A stretch of DNA of 63,958 nt, filler included, from Klebsormidium nitens (lineage: Eukaryota; Plantae; Klebsormidiophyceae), in NCBI GenBank assembly GCA_000708835.1. It is 6 parts of 6 records of this genome, joined end to end, with 100 filler letters (N's around TTAATTAATTAA, not from the genome) between each part and the next. Parts side by side here need not be neighbours in the genome. Positions count along the whole stretch, not along the records: positions 20,691 to 52,505 come from DF237750.1; 5 more parts are not named here. The stretch is one strand, 5' to 3'. The notes under the pieces were generated by a model that saw only the letters and a list, made by a program, of their open reading frames with translations, searched no databases and was not told the DNA's origin. Numbering within the stretch: the stretch's first letter is position 1; the number at the start of each line of letters is the position of its first letter. Positions 22,685 through 34,078 of this stretch are shown piece after piece. A program made the translations under genes and the position numbers.

Positions 22685-24430
22685 ATGGCTGATTTGAATG
22701 TACCAGACCTGCCCCAAGCACAGATTGATTTCAAAGACGATCACGCTCGGTCCGCGGTCCAGATGCGGGCTGTGTACAAAGTCCCCATGCCAGCTAGTCG
22801 CGTGTACGACATTCTGACAGACCCGGACGAGTTCACGCGCGTCTTCAAGAAAAAGTTCAGAGGGTACAGGAATCTGATCATCCATGAGGACGACGGCGGG
22901 GGTAAGAACAGTCCGACAAAGTTTGGTGCAACTGGGCGCTGATGATAGCTGGGGCTGACTTTGCACGGGAGGCAGTCAAGAATCTGTTCCGTATCCACTG
23001 GCTTCTCAGCTTGCAGAACGGTTGGTTGTAAGTGTTCACCTTAGACAAGGATGCCCAGCACGAGCTTGTTGATGTGACTACTCCTGCAATTAGTTGCATT
23101 GCTTGCCCTCTGAGTCCTGACTGATCTTTTTGTTTTGCAGATTGACACAGTCCACGGGAATACAAATGAGACACCTCCTTACCATTCCACCCATGATGCC
23201 ACAGTCTCTCGTTCAAAGCGAGATGCACCTTCTTCACAAACACCTAGTCTCCATTACTCTTTGATAAAACTCACACGGCTCCTCACGGTGCGCGTGTATC
23301 CCATTGCAGGCATCCGTTCAAAAGAGATGGAGCTTCAGCAGTGGTACAACGTGCTGGTCTGGCGGGGAACGCTCACAACGCATATGCACTTTGAGGAGGA
23401 CCGCAGGCAGCTCGCGGTCGACTTTCGGTTGGGGCGGCAGGGCATGATGAAGATTTTTGAGGGAAGGTGGGAGATCACACCGATGACTGAGCAACAAAAA
23501 GGGCTGCCCATGACACAGGTGAAACTGCTTTTGCGTTTACAAACAATATTTTCTGCGCCAATTATGAACCGGGGTTGATTTGGAGGGGCTTAACCAGGTC
23601 CCTACTATACTTATATGGTTGAGACTCCTAGAACCATGCGCCAACCAGGAGTGGTTGAAGTCGAACCTTTTTGTGATACCACCCTCTCGGCCGGGCTGGC
23701 TAACCAGATGTGAGATCGTGGTTGACTTGCCTTTTTAAATGCAGACCCTCCATATTGTTGATTTCAATTCGTGCACTGCTGTCATACCCTGGGAGATCGA
23801 TAAAGATGCCTGTCTTGAAGGAACAGGGTTTGGACTTTGAAATTCAAAACTTCGAGACCCGAGAATATCTTGAAGCATGTGGCTGATTGTGTTTCAAGGG
23901 TCTACCAGGCAACCATAATGCCTAGTTCTTGCTAGACTAGTTATCCCGTACCATACTTCTATCCAGGTTACGCTGTACCAGACCATGAAGGCACACATTC
24001 CCGGGGTTCCCCGGCGCGCATTCCCGCTACGAAGATTCACCAAAAAGGTAAGAATGAACGCATAAAGCTTACATCACAGGAGAAGTTCTCCGAATCTGTG
24101 TCACCGTCAAAACAGATTCGTGGATCGTTCAGCTGCCTGCAAGTAGACGCGGTTTTGATCTGTTTGAGACGCTACCAACGCTGCCTTCTTCTGGATGACG
24201 TCTCGATGGCGGAGGCTTCATCGATTCGTTAACGCCACACTCTGCAGGACGCCGGAGTATCAGATTAAAAGCGAATCGAAACCGTTGAGTAGTGTACTTA
24301 AGACCGGCGTCTTCCTGATCGCGTGCAGGTCACTGAGGACATGGTCGCTGACTTTCGACGGGAAGCGGCAGAAAACTTCTCGAAGGAACCATCCAAGCTC
24401 GCTTCATCAACGTCCGATCTTACAATATAA
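22685..24430 (+). CDS. SRPBCC/START-fold (polyketide cyclase-like) protein, about 202 aa; exons 22685-22901, 23310-23518, 23967-24047, 24329-24430
   Basis: Phase-consistent GT-AG exons. Motifs RVYDILTDPDEFTRVFK, GMMKIFEGRWEITP, VTLYQTM and a C-terminal helix VTEDMVADFRREA. Confidence 0.8.
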
Positions 24431-26425
24431 AGTGAGTGGCTTCGCGGAATGGCAACCTGATTTTGATGTCGACCTGAGCAATCCATCCATAAAGGTACAC
24501 CTTAGCATTCAACGCTCTCCTCCAGACATGCAGAAGCATAGAGGGCATGGCCGGGTTTGCATATTTGAGTAAGCTGTTGGCTTTTACTTCTTTCCAAGCG
24601 GTAAATGTTTGCTGAAACTCATAGGCTAGTGGAGTTAGCTAACTCCACATGGGACTCACCTTCTGAATCTGCTAATGATTCCCAACTTAAATTAGACGTT
24701 GAATGGCCCTTCACGTGCCTACAGCTCCCCCGCGCCACTGCGGAATGGCATAGGCATGCCGTCCGGCTAGATTGAGAGCCAACCAGTAACTTGCACGCAA
24801 CGGTCGTACGTTGGATTCTCTGGTACCTCAGTGCAAGATCAACCGTATATAAGTACTACAGCTTGGTTAGTCTGATATTATACATTCTATGATAAGCTAG
24901 CTCTCGATCTTGCTTGCAGGCCGCGCATCATATTGCATAGCATGATCGCTCTTTGTACCACCAATCTGTGAAGGTTCAAAAGCATTACAAGTTTGCGGCA
25001 ACCGTCGTAATAGAAGAAGCTTGTGCATAAATAGAAGGGATCGTGCAAGTGCCGCGTTAGCATGTCGGGCGGCCAGATGTTATTACGTGGCGGATGATCA
25101 TATGCATGATTCCGAATTACCGTGCATGCCAAGCTGAAATGATCGCGATACAAAAACTTGAACCAGTTGCCAGCTGTTTGCGAGAGCTAGAATGGTACTA
25201 AACTAGGATATCGATCCCGCACCTAGTTCGATCACCGGGATCGCTGATATCGACCTTCTGCGGGGCGGACGCGCAGCCCGCGTCATGCATGCTAAATAAG
25301 GACTTGCCTGACTCATGAAGAATAATTGACGTGCATACAATTAAGCATTGCACACATGTGATCGATCATATCACGGATCTAGCTCTAGCTTAGTATATAG
25401 GCGGCCGGCATGCCATGCACACCGTCTCGAATGATCTGCAGACTGGACTCACATGCACACAGCTGCAGTCATGCAACTTCAGGGAGATGCAGGATGCATT
25501 CGCATGCATCTCGGATTATACCGAGCACGAGTAGAGTCCTGGCGAGACGCCATGCCACTGAGTGTGCATGGCTACTAGCCGCTTGACCCGGATCAAGGTC
25601 ACCTTTTTACGCACATGCCAGCCATCGGACTGACGGCGCAACTGTTGGATGCAAGCAACAAGCAGTGAGACGCGGTCCTTTTTGTGAGTAACAACTTCGA
25701 AGCTTCCGATATATTGTGAGCGCTAGTACGCACCTTGCAACTGAGCCTAGAAGCGATTCTTTGACTTTGAAGCCTCCTGGCGTGGTCAATCATCAGGCTT
25801 AAGCGGAGGTGACCCCTGTACTTCTTGCAGTTGACCGTTCGTCAAGTCACTACACTGATTGTTTATACAGAAACGTTGGATCCTTCAAGTTCCAATGACC
25901 GTCACTGCAGATGTAGGAAGTTCAAGTCTGATCCCAATGTTAGAATCGTTACCAAGATAAGCTCTGGTATAGTGCGGTCGGCCGGAACGCACAACCCCAT
26001 CACCACACACGAATTGTACACCATACTGTCTAGCCGCCAGTATACGAAATAATCTGCTCAGCTGCTTTCAACCCGCCGGGCATGCTGCTTACCCTACTCC
26101 TACTTACGTCAATCTCCTATGTTACACTCTCATGCTAACACCTATCTGCTCGTGGCGGCAGTGGGGAAGTAGCGAGGTGGCTGCTTCTTCGCTCCAGCTC
26201 TGGTCCTTGAACCTTGACTCTCATGCAACTTCGGAAGCCTCGACCCGAAACCGCTTGCACCAAGTATCGACTCGGGCGAACTTACTTCTTACAGGCATCC
26301 CTCCGCGCGTGGAAAACAGCACTGGGTAACTGAGCGGAGGGACACGCATGTGCACTTTTTTCACAGAACGCAATCATCGGAGGCGCCAGCGTAAAGAACG
26401 CCGGATCGTGTGTCCCGATGAGTTT

Positions 26426-29400
26426 CTAATCTTCGTCCCAGCTGCGCCACCGCCGGCCCCTATGGTGGTCCCTCCGTCTGATGCCCCAGTCCCCGCCCGC
26501 ATTCGCATCTGTTGGCGATAGGACGCCCGCCGCCATCGCGTCTTCTCTCATCGAATCTTCTGCGACCCGCGTCAAAAGCGGGCGGTTTCCCTGTTCTCTG
26601 GCCGGCAAACCCTCTCCCCCTCCGCTCTGTTGCATTGAAGGAGTTCCATTCCCCTCACCTCCGGAAACCCCTTCAAACCCTCCGCCCTGCTCTCGAAACA
26701 TGGGCAGCCACGAAACCAGCGAACCTTGGCTACCGCCCAGCACCCACGGGAGCCCACTCCCGGGCCCGCTTGGAACTGTGTCTCCGCCCGGGGGAATCCC
26801 TCCGGGAACTCGCTCCGTTTCTCTCTCCCGAGCGCCGTCCGGAGCAAACGTCCCGGACGTCCGTCTCTCCGCAAGCGCGGCCAGATCGTCCGAACTTCCG
26901 GACAAGAGGCTCGCATAAATGGACCCCAACCCCGAAAGACTCCGCCGGTTCGCCCGCTCCTCCTCGAGATTATTCACACCGCCGTTCGGCCGCCGGCTGG
27001 GCTCCCGTTCTGACAAATGCCCAGTCGGCGCAGCGCTTGATGGCGCGCCACTTGGCGCCTGCGGTGTGTCGCCACGTGGCGGGTGACTGCTGGTCCCTGG
27101 GATTGCGTTTGCGCTGAAGTGTGTGAACTCGCCCATTGAGTCGAACATTGTGAGGTGGGCGGAGGTGATGCGCGGCTGCGGGGGCGTATTTACACCGGGG
27201 CGCTGTTGGCGCTGACGGGCGAGCTCAGGGACCTCGTAGCGGTTCCAAAAGAAGAGCACCGTGTGCTGCAGGAAGGCGACCGTCGAAAAGAAGGCCAAGT
27301 AGGAGAAACCTGCATAATGTAAAGACATAATGGTCAGAGGGACAGCTTCAGAATGTCTAATGGTGGTACTATCCTTCTTCTCTACCTTAGCGATAGAGAG
27401 AGAGGACCGTGTGCTGTAGGAAGCCCGCCGTTAAAAGGAGGTCACGCAGAAAATCCAACGGCGAGAAGCAAATGCCAAATCAAAGAATGTGTGCTGGAAA
27501 AAAGGTCACCGTCGACCGACGGCCAGATAGGAGAAGAATGCAAAGAGATCGATGAAGTCTTCGCAGGCGTTGTCGTTCTTTTCTCGCGGCTTTGGTGCCT
27601 TTGGAGTCGCAAGTCAAACGCATTCTGAGGCGAAATTGCGTAAGATTTGCGGGCAGGTTCATACAGAAACGTGAGACAGCGTCAGCGACAAAGTGAATGT
27701 CCAGAATTAGAACAATTTCGGTTGTGCGGCCGCTCGAAAGGGACAGAAAATCTGTAAGCATCCTGTGGACGGCGATTATCCTAAAAGAAAGCGTGCAACG
27801 CATGGAAAACCAGGTCGAAGCAGAAGACGACGCGAAAGAGACAGACGCGGGTTGGAGGGAAGGTTATGCAGAAGAAGTAAGCAGTGCTCGCGCTCACCGT
27901 AGGAGTAGGAGAAGAAGTAGATGTGGAAGATGATGAAGTAGAGGAAGAAGAAGCGCGGGAAGTACTGCATAGATACTCGCGTGCGGACGGAGATCATCTT
28001 GAACAGCTCGCACAGCCAGACCAACGTCATCACCATAAACGCCAGCAGCTGGTCGTCGAAGAACTCAAAGAGGAAGAACAGGATGCCGATCATGATCTGC
28101 GCACAAACAGGTTTTACTTCAGGTGTCGGGTTACTCAGACAATACGTTTGAGATAGTGAGACATTACGTTTCAGGTTAGTGAAATTATGCGTTTCTAGGG
28201 TCAGGTTGTCACGGTTTACGGCTTTGGTGGACCGGAGCTGAGAGGCTCGAAGAGGAAGAACAGGATGCCGACCATGATCTGCGCAGCAAAAGGGTACTTT
28301 AGGTTTCAGTTGAGGAAGACATGCCGTTTCAGGTTACTAAAGCGTTGGGGGTTTCTAGGGTCAGGCTTTCACAGTTCAAGGGTTTGGTAGACCCAGGGCT
28401 GAGAAACTCGAACGGGAAGAACAAGATGCCAATCATCAGTCGCAGAAACAGCGAGAAAGAGGAGAAGGAACGAACAAGAGGAAGAACAGGGTGCCGACCA
28501 TGATCCGCAAGGGAGAGAAGGGAGAGGTGTGTTCAAGAAAGATCAAACAAGAACGGACAAGGTTTGGAAAACAAGCCATGTGGTGACGGCGCCAACACCA
28601 AGAAAGGCGCACGCGAGAAGAATTGCGGCTGCCGGGAAGGGGCGGAAAGGTCCGTCTCTCAACACCGCATATCTTCTGTTATTACAAGAAAACGAGACCT
28701 TGACCACGAGCAAGATGCGATCAGGGTCTACCAAAGACAATACGTCGTCTACAGGTATGCCGATATCTGCTTCAAGAAGTACAGTTGGAAAACGGGAACA
28801 GAACGAACGGGACAACATCCTAATTTGAGGGGGAAGAAAACGTTGGACTTGGGAATTCAGGCCTTTACAATTCTACCGTTCCAAGTCTCAAGTTTCAGGG
28901 CGGTCTGTGTTGGTAAAACCGGATCCAGGAAAGAGAAAAAGGAGTACAGGATGCTAAATATAGTCTGCGGGGAATAAAGTAGGCTCCCACACATCAGAGC
29001 TCAATTGACCTGAAGACAAGGGCTTCGTTTTCACGGCTTCTGCAGCCTAAGGCTGAAGATTGGCAACGGGCAACACGAGATGAAGAAAGACCCAGAGGCG
29101 CTGTTGGAAACTGCTTGGAATGCTTGGAATCTAGCTGTGCGGGTCCGCAGTTCAGCTCTCTAAGAGTCTCTGGTCTCGATGCAAGACATGCCAAGATTCA
29201 GACTGTTGGCCGAACTCCACTGTCTCGAAAAGGGCCTTTTTCAAAACCCCTCATGACAGTCCCAGATTTCGATACCCATTGCCGAATAGATACTGAATCT
29301 GCGAACTTCATAGGACAGCGAAGGGAACCCAGAAGGACTCACCGGCACAAAGACGAGCGACTCGACGACGTGCACGAATATGAGCCGGAACGTCGGCAGG

Positions 29401-32400
29401 CGGTGCCGCGCGTGGTGCTGTAAGTGCACCGTAAACTTGAGCATTCGGTGCTGTGTCTCGCGCAGCGTGAACGAGACCGACATCGTCGTCGTGAAGAACA
29501 CGAACAGTGACGTAATCAAGACGCCGAACTTGAAGATGAGGTACTCTTCCGCACCGGCGGCAGAGCTGCTGTTGAGCTCTTGGCCGTAGTTGAGGTTGTA
29601 GACTTCTTTCGTTTGCAGGTTGTAGAAGTAGCCGCGGCCACGCGCGGCGAGGAGGCTGTTCATCAGGATCGTGTCGTAGCCAATTAGGTTGTCGATCAGC
29701 AGGCGCTGTAGCCTGCACGAAAAGAAAGATGCAATTCAGAGTGGTTTTTGCAGAGTAAAGAGTCTTTCGGGGACGTCACTTGAGTCTACCCGACGTTCGT
29801 CCCAGAATGAACGCCGCATACAAGAGTATTGTCCTTGTTTGCGGCCAAGCAGCGGGCACCGCAATGTGAAAGGAAAGTCCACGTTTCTTGACGTTTCAGA
29901 TGTTTGTTCGGAGTGTCTATTTGACAATCTGTGGTCGTTGATCGACTCCGCTGGACTGCGATTCCCGAACAAGGCGCAAACTACTTCAGTGTTCAATCAG
30001 AGTACTTCGGAGTCTCCAGTAACTTATGGACCTTCTCTCCTCCTACTCAACAGGTGAAGATTCCCTGGAGCTCTTCTTGACAAGTTGAGGTCTTTCACCG
30101 TTTCAAGTGTACGTTCAGAGAGCAGAGCTCCCTACCTGCCACAGCAAGCAGTCACACTGCGCCTGTCGTCCTGAGATTCAACTATTATGAACCCTATGAT
30201 TTGCGAACATGAACTCAAGACGCCAACGCAAGAGATCTCAAGTTCCAGGGATCTGTGGAGCCCCGAAACCTGGGATAAAAGGTCAATTTTCAAAATGCCC
30301 GAAAGCCCGGTCAAAGCTGCGACTCACTTGCCCCCAAAGCAGGCGCTCGTGGCCGAAATCGTGACGTTCACCGTCCGAATGCCGTAGCGCGCGCGCCCAA
30401 CGTCCGACAGCATGAGGTACCCTTTCTCTGTGCTGAAAACATACAGCGGGTCGCCAATCTTGGTGCGGAGGTACTCAAGTGCGTGCTTCGCCTCTGACAT
30501 CAGCGCCTCGTAGTTCGCGCGGGCCTTGTTGGCCGGCTGCTCCGAGCGCCACTGAGAAACACCGTGGAAGAAGGAAGTAAGGCAACTTATTTTCAGCGAC
30601 GAAAGCTGTTTGAATAAAAACCCCAGCCTTCGCACGTCACTCGAGCAGACCGCAACGTTGGATTGATTGTTCTAACAGAGAAACGGCACTCCAAATGAAC
30701 CACTGCTGTGCTGGCCACTAGAACACTCCCATTGAGACCGATTTAGTCCAAACAGGCCCTGCTCCGAGTCTCTAAGTCATGGGTCTACAGGTTAAGAGAA
30801 GCTGAGTGTTGGCTGCCTCAGAAGTTTACGGCAGAAAGTGAGAAGAGTGCGTGCCAGAGACTTTCGACCAGACGCCTCAGATGTAGAATAAGACAAAATC
30901 GGACGTTCAAGGATGATGCAGGAGATTGAGGGGGGTAGAATCCCTGATTGCACACACCCAAGTCTTTGTTCACAGGACGATCCAGTTACACACGGAAATG
31001 CGGCCACTGGATTGACCTGAAACCGATTCAAAAAGCACGGCCCGGGGGCATGCAGCCACCAGACTAGCATCCATATCACCAATTCTCAAAGTTTGAGACA
31101 GTCAGCAAACATTGTGAAAGGCCACTAGAAACATAACAAGCCCTGAAAGATTTGCAGATGCAGGCAACTCACAAGTCCCTGCAGCAAGTACTTGACCCCC
31201 TCCCGCAGCGCCATCTCCGCCCGGTCCATCCACGCGGCTCCCGCGCTCGTCCACCGGTGCACGTAATGCGCCAGCGCCGTCCCCAGGGGGCCCCTCCCAG
31301 GGCCCGTTCCCACCCCCCCTCCAATCGCAACCCTCCCCGCAACCGCGAGAAACCCGGCACCCTCCGCCGCGCTGCCGGCATTTCCAGAAGACCCCCCCGC
31401 CAACGAGCAGGCGGGGGACCCCCCCGTTTCGGAGTCGGCCCCGTCGATCCGGCAGGAAGTCAGCTGGCCCCAGTCTTCCACGCGCCTAGTTGTTGTTTCT
31501 TCGCGCAGCTGGTCGATGATCTGGCGCAGCTCGGGCTTGTCGGTCTTGAGGGCGACGGCGCGCTCTTGGAAGTCTTGCAGCAGTTGGCTCGCCATCTGGG
31601 TCCACATGCCAGTCACCTGTGCACCAATCACATTGTAGAGTTTGTTTACGATCTAGTTAGAACCTTGCTTCGCAATTGGATTGCGAAGTTGCATCGCAAT
31701 TCAATGGAGCAAGGACGAGCCTTTGAACCAGAGTTAGTAGGCAGCTGAAATGTAGCGCAAATTTGCGACCAGTTTCATTGGGGAAAACCGGCTGACTGAC
31801 ATTGATTTATGAAGCAGAAAGCAGTGCCTATATACAGTCCCACCCTCCATTTGAGCGAAAGCCTCCACACGGTCCAGAAAAGACTCGTCACGTTCTGCCT
31901 GACGGACCTGGTACCTGGGGCGCTGTACAGAGGAACTCTCACTGGCTTGCAATGCTGTTGTCACTCATTGATACGGGGACTGCTCCAGAATCACATGGCA
32001 AAGTTCCATATCCACCTTAGCGCCGGTGCTTGTGTTCGTTCAAGGATTTGTGTCTTTGAACAGACTCTCTATCCATATTGCTGTTCATCCGAATCTATCA
32101 TGGCTGAACAGGAGGCACCAGTCTGACTACGCAATCTCTGACAAGAACATGAGGATGATGCTAAGAAGGAGTTCCCACCTTCACTTCCAGCATCTGCGCC
32201 TCCGCAAGCTCGGGTTCCATAAACTCCGCCGCACATGCTGGCTGCAAACTGAACAAACTTTCAGTAACGGCAACCATGACATTGAAGGCGTAGCTTCAAA
32301 CTGCCTCAAATTGATATCAGCATTATGCTGAGGTGAACTCAAAATTTTGACTGCTCTTAAGGTAGATTTTGGCCAGTGGTTCAAACTCTGAGCTCATCAG

Positions 32401-32758
32401 TAAGATTACAGCAGACGGCGCGCTCAAAAACCCCTGGAATTTCCGCGTCAACTGACGAAGAGAATCTTTCGCCAGGCTCAGAATGCATTTTCTTCCCCTG
32501 ACTCGATGGACAGCAGAGAAGGTAAATTGGTTCTTTGAAAACCTTGTTGTTCACTGAGAATGATGAATGAGAGCGTAAGAGCTGCAATACCTGGCCAACA
32601 AAGTTGATGTGCATGAATACCAGAACCCCCAGTAGTGTGACGGCGTTCATGAGGCACAGGTACTCCAAACACCTCCTGAAGCGAGGGGTCAGGAAGGTCG
32701 ACAGCAACCCCGTCAGGCGATGATGCACTCTGAGAAACGCCTGCTCCGTGAAATCCAT
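26426..32758 (-). CDS. TMEM259: Membralin-like (TMEM259) multi-pass ER protein; exons 32591-32758, 32179-32241, 31173-31616, 30328-30551, 29343-29712, 27898-28096, 26426-27309
   Basis: All phases consistent. Matches remembered plant membralin: SLFVFFTTTMSVSFTLRETQHRMLKFTVHLQHHARHRLPTF, IMIGILFFLFEFFDDQLLAF, FFWNRYEVP. Confidence 0.92.
27400..27545 (-). repeat. Two decayed copies of the membralin exon-7 start in intron 6
   Basis: accgtgtgctgtaggaagcccgccgttaaaaggagg and gtgtgctggaaaaaaggtcaccgtcgaccgacggccagataggagaa align to 27258-27311. Confidence 0.7.
28168..28510 (-). repeat. Three tandem copies of the membralin exon-6 acceptor and start in intron 5
   Basis: The gaggaagaacaggatgcc anchor occurs at 28070 (real exon) and about 28252, 28413 and 28478; flanking intron sequence is also duplicated. 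Confidence 0.9.
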
Positions 32759-34078
32759 CCTTGCACCCGCTCCTAGAGTACAAAATGCAATGGCGGAAGG
32801 CACATAGAGGGCCTTCGCTTCTCTGCCTTTTCCTTATTCCCCGCAGCTTAGCATTTCAACCTGCCTTTCGCACGCAGTCTTGGCACAGCCGAAGGAAGCA
32901 CGCTGCCCGCTACTCCCTGCTCCATTTGCGTCTCCCCGTCACGAGAGTCGAACACAAAGCTCTTCTGCCGAAACAAGGAGGGCTGCGCCATTGCTGCCCA
33001 GCCATGATGCTGCCATCTATTTAAGACCTAATTAATAATGCTGCCTCCTATGCAGCAGCATGATGCTGCCAGCTGTGCAGGGCTACATGACGGGGCGGAC
33101 GGAATCCGCCACAGGTCCGTTCTGCTTCCGCTGTTGTCAGCACGGAATCAGTCCTAGGGTTTGAGGTGACAGTCATCATGACGTACCGTACTGTCTGACT
33201 GCAAGTCTGGGCTGCACTGTCCAGACTCCAGAGTCCAGTGTGTCCAGGATGTCGTGGAACAGCAATTTGAATGTCAGAACAGTTGCAACAGTTCCCAGCA
33301 GGGAAAGAGCTAGGACTCGGAGAGAGACGCTGAAGGCTTCAGCCGAGCTCATAGTCGTCCTTTTATTCGCAAGCGAGAAGCTGCACGAAGGTGCAAGACG
33401 ACCCATTCTACTCTCAAATATTTAGGATGGAGAATAAGCTCATGAAGAGCTCAGCTTGTGTCATCCTGTGCACTTCGTAGTCTAGCCTGTTGCAGGGAGC
33501 TCTGCTTTGACCCAGTCGATTGCCCACATTGGGCGAAGAAACCCCCTGGGGCTCACGGGATCGTTGTGTCCCCAAACTGGGGCCAGAGATGATGTCCACC
33601 TTAACAATTATGCAACCCCCTTGATCTGTATTGTGGCGGGAGCAAGCATGATCACAGAGCGAGAATAACGAAGGACTGAAAGCAGTGCATGCACAAGTCC
33701 GCACGTCCCTTTCAAGGCAACTTGACCTTCTTCCACTTGGAGCAACTCCCGGCTCGTGTTCACGATCATGCGGCCTTGTGAATCTGTGGACTGCGGTCCA
33801 GAAGTATCCCTCCATTAGAATATTGTAACATAGCAGTAGGATGTTCTTGGTTGAGTTTGATGTGAGGGGATTCATATGGCCGAGGGCGTTTGGTCCGTAG
33901 CTAGTCATAGAAGGTCAACAAAAGTAGCCAGCAGTTGATAGTTTACATCTGTAAAGATATGTGCTTTAGCAGGTTCATAGTAGCAGTGCTCGCGTAAGGA
34001 CAGTAAGTTACTCAAGAAGGGACCTCAGCCAGTTACCCATTTGTACTCAAGGGGGAGCAACTTTAGATACCTCTCAAA

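Noticed and set aside
28543-28818. Hydrophobic 91-aa ORF in membralin intron 5, considered as an alternative exon
   Set aside because: Use of its AG in the required phase gives an immediate stop; at most a very old exon-6 echo, which I cannot demonstrate
30695-30775. Possible exon-4 echoes in membralin intron 3 (ggccctgctccgag)
   Set aside because: Only about 14 nt of similarity; too short to count
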